Shown: in pieces, positions 59,173 through 64,000 of the stretch
Position numbering within the stretch: position 1 is the first letter of the stretch
Layout: every line of letters begins with the position of its first letter
Assembly: GCA_963720765.1 (NCBI GenBank)
Contig: CAVRGS010000007.1
Coordinates: 136,663 to 200,662, forward strand
DNA length: 64,000 bases
Direction: 5' to 3'
DNA from: an uncultured Actinomycetes bacterium
GTDB lineage: Bacteria; Actinomycetota; Acidimicrobiia; IMCC26256; DASPTH01
The notes under the pieces: model-generated
Databases searched by the model: none
What the model was told of the DNA's origin: nothing
The model's input: the letters and a program-made list of their open reading frames with translations, nothing else
Position numbers and translations under genes: made by a program

Positions 59173-60659
59173 CCGGGGCCCGGGCGCACGGCGCGGTCGA
59201 CCAGCTCGCGCAGCAGGACCTTGCCCACCTCGTTGCGCGGGAGGTCGGCGACGGCTTCGAAGCGAACGGGGACCTTGTAGGGAGCGAGGTGCTCGCGGCA
59301 CAACGCCGCGAGCACCTCCGCGTCCACCGTCGCACCCTCACGGGGGACGACGAAGGCCCACGGCACCTCACCGAGGCGGTCGTCGGGGACGCCGGCGACC
59401 GCGCACTCGGCCACGTCAGGCGAGAGACGGATCACCTCGGCGACCTCTTCGGGAAAGACCTTGAGCCCACCGCGATTGATCATGTCCGAGACCCGACCCT
59501 CGATCCAGAGGAAGCCCTCGTCGTCGAGGCGACCGAGGTCGCCGGTGTGGAACCAGCCGTCGACGAGACGCCCGTCCATGTCGTCGCCCGCCGCGGTGCG
59601 CTCGTCGATCATCGGGGTGCGCACCAGGATCTCACCCAGGTCGTCGTCGATGCGCAACTGCACGTTCTCGTGGCCGCGGCCGACCGCGCCGAGGTGCGTG
59701 TCGCCGAACTCCTTGGCGTCCTGCGCGCTCCACCCGACGATCTCGCCACCGATCTCGGTCTGACCCCAGCCGTTGAGCACGAACACGCCGAAGCGGTCGC
59801 GGAACCGGCGCGCCTGCAGGGGCGACAGCGGCGCGGTGATGCTGCGCACGTACTTCAGCGGCGCGAGCGAGGTGATCGACTCGTCATCGACGAGCATGGT
59901 CATCGCCGCCGGCGGGAGCACCGTGGAGCGCAGTTGGAAGCGTTCGACGAACCCCGCGAAGGCCTGCGTGTCGAAGCGGTCCATGATGATCACCGCGGCG
60001 CCGGCGCGGAAGGCGAAGATCACGTTGTAGATCCCCGCCCACAACGACAACGACGTCGGGATCAGGTTCGGCATGGGAGAGCGCTTCGGCGTGTCGGATC
60101 TCGGCGTGGCGCTCGTGGCACCTCCACGCAGGGTGCCCAGCACACCGTCGATGAGACCGAGCACGTTGTCGTGCACGAGCGGCACCGGCTTCGGTCGGCC
60201 GGTGGTGCCGGACGTGAAGGAGATCGCGGCGACTCCCGCGGGCGATGCCGGCGCGTCGGCATCGAGCGGCACCGGTGCGTCCCAGGTGCCGTCGCCGGAG
60301 GCGAGCACGACGGGGACGTCGACGACGCGCGCCGCGTCGTCGGGCTGCGTGATGATCGCGGCCGGGCGGTCCTCGGCGATGACGTGCGCGAGCTCGTCGC
60401 GCGAGAGGCGAGGGTTGAGCGGGACGTACACACCGCCCGCGAACCAGACCCCGAACAGCGCGGCCACGATGTCGGGTCCGTTCGGCAACATCACGCCCAC
60501 CGCCTGGCCCGGTCGCAGACCGCGGTCGCGCAGCAGCGCGGTCAGCGCCTCGGCCCGTGCGCGCAGCTCGGCGCGCGTGACCTCCGTGGTGGTGGTGTAG
60601 ATCGCGACGGTGGTGGTGGCGTCGTCGTCCCGCGGGCCGAGGACGTCGGCGAGATTCAC
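59169..60659 (-). CDS. Acyl-CoA synthetase / AMP-binding enzyme
   Basis: SFTSGTTGRPK, GWGQTE, FHTGDLG, NRGGLKVFP, NEVGKVL. Confidence 0.92.
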   Translation of the reverse strand: MNLADVLGPRDDDATTTVAIYTTTTEVTRAELRARAEALTALLRDRGLRPGQAVGVMLPNGPDIVAALFGVWFAGGVYVPLNPRLSRDELAHVIAEDRPAAIITQPDDAARVVDVPVVLASGDGTWDAPVPLDADAPASPAGVAAISFTSGTTGRPKPVPLVHDNVLGLIDGVLGTLRGGATSATPRSDTPKRSPMPNLIPTSLSLWAGIYNVIFAFRAGAAVIIMDRFDTQAFAGFVERFQLRSTVLPPAAMTMLVDDESITSLAPLKYVRSITAPLSPLQARRFRDRFGVFVLNGWGQTEIGGEIVGWSAQDAKEFGDTHLGAVGRGHENVQLRIDDDLGEILVRTPMIDERTAAGDDMDGRLVDGWFHTGDLGRLDDEGFLWIEGRVSDMINRGGLKVFPEEVAEVIRLSPDVAECAVAGVPDDRLGEVPWAFVVPREGATVDAEVLAALCREHLAPYKVPVRFEAVADLPRNEVGKVLLRELVDRAVRPGPG

Positions 60660-60674
60660 AGGGGTGGGGTCACG

Positions 60675-61487
60675 TCACGGCGCCCAGCGGGGTTCGCGCT
60701 TCTCGGCGAACGCCAGCGGGCCCTCGGTCTGGTCGGGGTGGCCCCACATCGACACCAGCTGCTGCGCGCCGGCGCGGCACCCGTCGGTGAGCCCGTGCTC
60801 GAGCGCGCCCCACAACGCCTGCTTCGTGGCACGCATCGCCGCGGGCGAGTTCTTGGCGATCGTCTCGCCCAGCTCCTGCGCGACCGCGCGCAGCGTGTCG
60901 GGCGGATCGACGATCTGCGAGATCATCCCGAGCTCGTAGGCACGCTGCGCGTTCATGCGCTCGTAGCGGCCCACCAGCGCCATGCGCATCACCGCCTCGA
61001 ACGGCATCTTGCGGAGCAGTGCGATCGCTTCGATGGCGACCACCTGCCCGACCGACACGTGCGGATCGAAGAACTGCGCGTCGCTCGCCGCGATCACGAT
61101 GTCGGCCTCGGCCACCCAGTGGAACGCGCCACCGGCGCAGATGCCGTTGACCGCGGTGATCACCGGCTTCTGCACGCCCTGCTGCCACGCGGTGAAGTGC
61201 AGGTCCCAGTTCTCCACCGATTCCCGGTAACGCTCCATGCCCATGCCGTCGGTGGCGAGCTCCTGCACGTCGACGCCGGTCTGGAACGCCCGACCCTCGC
61301 CGGTGTGCACGATCACCTTGACCTCGGGGTCGGCGTCGAGCTCGAGCCACGCGTCGCCGAACTCGTCGCGCATGTGGCTGCTCATCGCGTTGAGCTGCTC
61401 GGGCCGGTTGTTGATCAACCAGCCGACCGGACCGTGGCGCTCCACGATGAGCGTGTCGAACTTCGAGAAGGTCAATGGGTCTCCCAT
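60675..61487 (-). CDS. Enoyl-CoA hydratase/isomerase (tandem paralog A)
   Basis: HGPVGWLINNRPEQLNAM, KPVITAVNG, FFDPHVSVGQ, WGHPDQTEGP. Confidence 0.92.
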   Translation of the reverse strand: MGDPLTFSKFDTLIVERHGPVGWLINNRPEQLNAMSSHMRDEFGDAWLELDADPEVKVIVHTGEGRAFQTGVDVQELATDGMGMERYRESVENWDLHFTAWQQGVQKPVITAVNGICAGGAFHWVAEADIVIAASDAQFFDPHVSVGQVVAIEAIALLRKMPFEAVMRMALVGRYERMNAQRAYELGMISQIVDPPDTLRAVAQELGETIAKNSPAAMRATKQALWGALEHGLTDGCRAGAQQLVSMWGHPDQTEGPLAFAEKREPRWAP

Positions 61488-62262
61488 TCGGGCGCGCGCT
61501 TCTCCGAGAACGCGAGCGGGCCTTCGTTCTGGTCGGGGTGGCCCCACATGTCGACGAGCTCCTGCGCGCCGGCGCGGCACGCGTCGGTGAGCCCGTGCTC
61601 GAGCGCGCCCCACAACGCCTTCTTGGTCGCGCGCATCGCCGCCGGCGAGTTCTTGGCGACGGTCTCCCCCAGCTCCTGCGCGACGTCGCGGAGCATGTCG
61701 GGGGGATCGACGACCTGCGAGATCATCCCGAGCTGGCGTGCGCGCGACGCGGGCATGCGCTCGCTGCGGCCGACCAGCGCCATGCGCATGATCGGCTCGA
61801 ACGCCATCTTGTGCGACAGTCCGACGCCCTCGTACGACATGGCCTGCCCCACCGACACGTGGGTGTCGAAGAACGTCGCGTCGCTCGCCGCGATCACGAT
61901 GTCGGCGTCGGCGACGAAGTGCAGGCCGCCGCCCGCGCAGCTGCCGTTGACGGCCGCGATCACCGGGGTCCACACCTGGTTGTGCCACGCGGTGAAGCGG
62001 AGCTCGGCGTCGCGGTGCGACGCGACTGCTCGGTCATCGCCTCCTTGTCCCGACTCAGCGCGGCGACGTCGAGCCCGGTCTGGAAGTTTCGCCCGTTCCC
62101 CGTGTTCACGATGGCGCGGACCGCGGGGTCGTCGTCGAGCTCGCGCCACGCCTCCTCGAGCTCGGTCATCATCCGCGCGTCCATCGCGTTGCCGACGCCG
62201 GGGCGGTCGAAGATCAACCACCCGACCGGACCGTGGCGCCGGACTTCGAGACGCTCGTACAC
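61472..62262 (-). CDS. Enoyl-CoA hydratase/isomerase (tandem paralog B; frameshift near 62020)
   Basis: HGPVGWLIFDRPGVGNAM / FTAWHNQVWTPVIAAVNG, FFDTHVSVGQ, WGHPDQNEGP. Confidence 0.9.
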
Positions 62263-62263
62263 G

Positions 62264-63082
62264 TCAGCGCCCGCCGAACTCGGGTGACCGCTTCTCGCCG
62301 AACGCCTTCAGGCCTTCACGGAAGTCCTCGCTGCGCGACGACAGCTCCATCGCGAAGGCCTCGTTGCGGAGGTGCTCCTCCAGCGGTGTCGTCGCACCCA
62401 CGTGGAGCAGCCACTTGGCGAGGCCGAGGCCGACGGTCGCGCTCCGCGCGAGGGTGGCGACGAGCTCGGCCACGGTGGCGTCGAGCTCGGCTTCCGGAAC
62501 GGCCCGGTGGATCATCTGCCAGTCGGCGGCCTCGGCCCCGTCGACGACGCGACCGAGGTGGATCATCTCGCGGGCGCGCACGTCGCCGATGCGCCGTGGG
62601 AGCAGCCAGGTGGCGCCGCTGTCGGGGGTGAAGCCGCGATCGACGAACGGCGCCCAGAAGCGGGCGTCGCCGGCGGCCACGGTGAAGTCGGCCGCGAGCG
62701 CGAGGTTCAAGCCGATCCCGGCGGCCCAGCCCCGCACCGAACAGACCACCGGCACCTGCACACTGCACAGCAGCGGAACCAAGCGGTGCGCCTGTGACGG
62801 CAAGCGGCGCTGGATGCTCCCTGCACGGGGCTTGACGCCGGTCTCCTTGGTCTCCTGGTTGCGCGCCACCCAGTCGAACCCGGAGCAGAAGTGCTCCCCC
62901 GCGCTCGTGAGCAGGATCACCCGCACCGCTTCGTCGCGCCCGGCGAGATCGACTGCGTCGATGGCCGCGTACATCATCGTGTCGTTCATCGCGTTGCGCT
63001 TGTCGGGCCGCGCCAGGCGCAACGTGAGCACGCCGTCGGCGAGCTCGATGTCGAGTCCGTCGACCGACGCGTAGGCGCTCAT
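62264..63082 (-). CDS. Enoyl-CoA hydratase/isomerase
   Basis: LRLARPDKRNAM, HFCSGFD, RGFTPDSGATWLLPRRIG, DFREGLKAFGEKRSPEF. Confidence 0.92.
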   Translation of the reverse strand: MSAYASVDGLDIELADGVLTLRLARPDKRNAMNDTMMYAAIDAVDLAGRDEAVRVILLTSAGEHFCSGFDWVARNQETKETGVKPRAGSIQRRLPSQAHRLVPLLCSVQVPVVCSVRGWAAGIGLNLALAADFTVAAGDARFWAPFVDRGFTPDSGATWLLPRRIGDVRAREMIHLGRVVDGAEAADWQMIHRAVPEAELDATVAELVATLARSATVGLGLAKWLLHVGATTPLEEHLRNEAFAMELSSRSEDFREGLKAFGEKRSPEFGGR

Positions 63083-63092
63083 CGAATGCCCT

Positions 63093-64000
63093 TCATCGAG
63101 CTGCGAACGCTTCGCTGATGGCGGTGAGTGAGGTTTCGAGGTCGGTGCCGGGTGGGTCGGGGAGCCGCACGGGGCCGTGGTCGCGTGAGGGCAGGAGGAT
63201 GGTGGCGGTGCCGGGGGTGGTGACGGTGCCACGCTGGTTGGTGGCGGTGAGTTCGAGATCGACCGCGGGCCGATCGCCGTCGGTGAGGTACTTGCGCACG
63301 ACGGTGCCGCTGAGGTGGTGGACGTCACCGACGTAGTTGAACCCGCGGAAGGAACACTCGAGCTTCCAGAGCCAGGCGTCGTCGCCCATCCAGTCGGTGC
63401 AGAGGTGGATCAACCACGTTTCGCGCATGCGGCCGTAGTCGTAGGTGGTCGGGTTCCCCGCCTGGCGGGCCCACTGCGGGTCCCAGTGCACGCGTTGCAT
63501 CACGTCGGGGATGCCCTGGTCGTCGTCGTGGAAGAACCTGGGGATCCGCCGCCGGTTCGCGACCCCGAGCGCGAGGGGTTTGACGTCGTAGAGGCCCATG
63601 CCCATCCCGACGTGCCAACACACCATGTCGGTCACCAACAGCGGGCCCTTCACCATCGGCCCGACCGGGTCGCCTTCGTCGACATCTTCCCAGAACCTGG
63701 GTTCGCCACCCCGACGCGAGGACGCGGCGTACTCGGCGTCGAGCTCGGCGATCTGCTCGGCGCTCCAGTGCGCGGGTTCGATGGCGTCGTACTTCTTCTT
63801 CTCCCGCGCCTTCTTCCGCTCCGTGCGGATCATCAACCGGTACTGGCCCGACAACACCGTCCCGTCGTCGTCGCGGAACACGTTCGCCGACCACTCGTGC
63901 ACCGCCCGGCCCGCGAACTCGCTGGACTTGTCGAGCACCGCCACCATCGCGTTGCGCCGCCACACCCGCCGGTCGGCCCGCAGCGGCGCCCACCACTCCC
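63093..64000 (-). CDS. MaoC/FAS1-like (double hot-dog) dehydratase, 5' end outside the window
   Basis: RFWEDVDEGD...VKGPL, QRVHWD, YDYG, TDWMGDDAWL, FNYVGD, TNQRG. Confidence 0.85.
   Translation of the reverse strand, partial: EWWAPLRADRRVWRRNAMVAVLDKSSEFAGRAVHEWSANVFRDDDGTVLSGQYRLMIRTERKKAREKKKYDAIEPAHWSAEQIAELDAEYAASSRRGGEPRFWEDVDEGDPVGPMVKGPLLVTDMVCWHVGMGMGLYDVKPLALGVANRRRIPRFFHDDDQGIPDVMQRVHWDPQWARQAGNPTTYDYGRMRETWLIHLCTDWMGDDAWLWKLECSFRGFNYVGDVHHLSGTVVRKYLTDGDRPAVDLELTATNQRGTVTTPGTATILLPSRDHGPVRLPDPPGTDLETSLTAISEAFAAR

Noticed and set aside
59289-63074. 1261-aa plus-strand ORF, and similar long ORFs such as 936..2495, 30196..32277, 42135..44453 and 50758..52608
   Set aside because: Antisense shadows of well-supported genes. 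High GC3 suppresses stop codons on the opposite strand, and the translations have no recognisable motifs.

Overview
A very GC-rich bacterial chromosome segment. Gene content and order point to an actinobacterium, plausibly Acidimicrobiia-like (inference). It carries the tig-clpP-clpX locus, five tRNAs (Pro-TGG, Gly-TCC, Arg-TCT, His-GTG, Lys-CTT), a modABC molybdate operon with an HTH-TOBE regulator, and many lipid/CoA catabolic genes (acyl-CoA dehydrogenases and ligases, five crotonases, a double CaiB CoA-transferase, a P450, SDRs, amidohydrolases, a thiolase). It also holds MarR-MMPL, a TerC/Alx gene under a yybP-ykoY riboswitch, nhaA, amtB-glnK and a ~5 kb patch of atypical composition at 35-40 kb. 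About 16 otherwise intact genes, including clpP, are broken by single-base frameshifts; these are most likely long-read indel errors, so coordinates of those genes are approximate. The best leads are (1) a structured, switch-like leader upstream of nhaA, followed by a receiver-less winged-helix gene and amtB-glnK, (2) a free-standing intron-type PD-(D/E)XK endonuclease back-to-back with an intron-less tRNA-Arg(UCU), and (3) a Coq4-motif protein wedged between two tRNAs. I found no CRISPR array, integrase or transposase. All family assignments come from motif recognition by eye, not from database searches.
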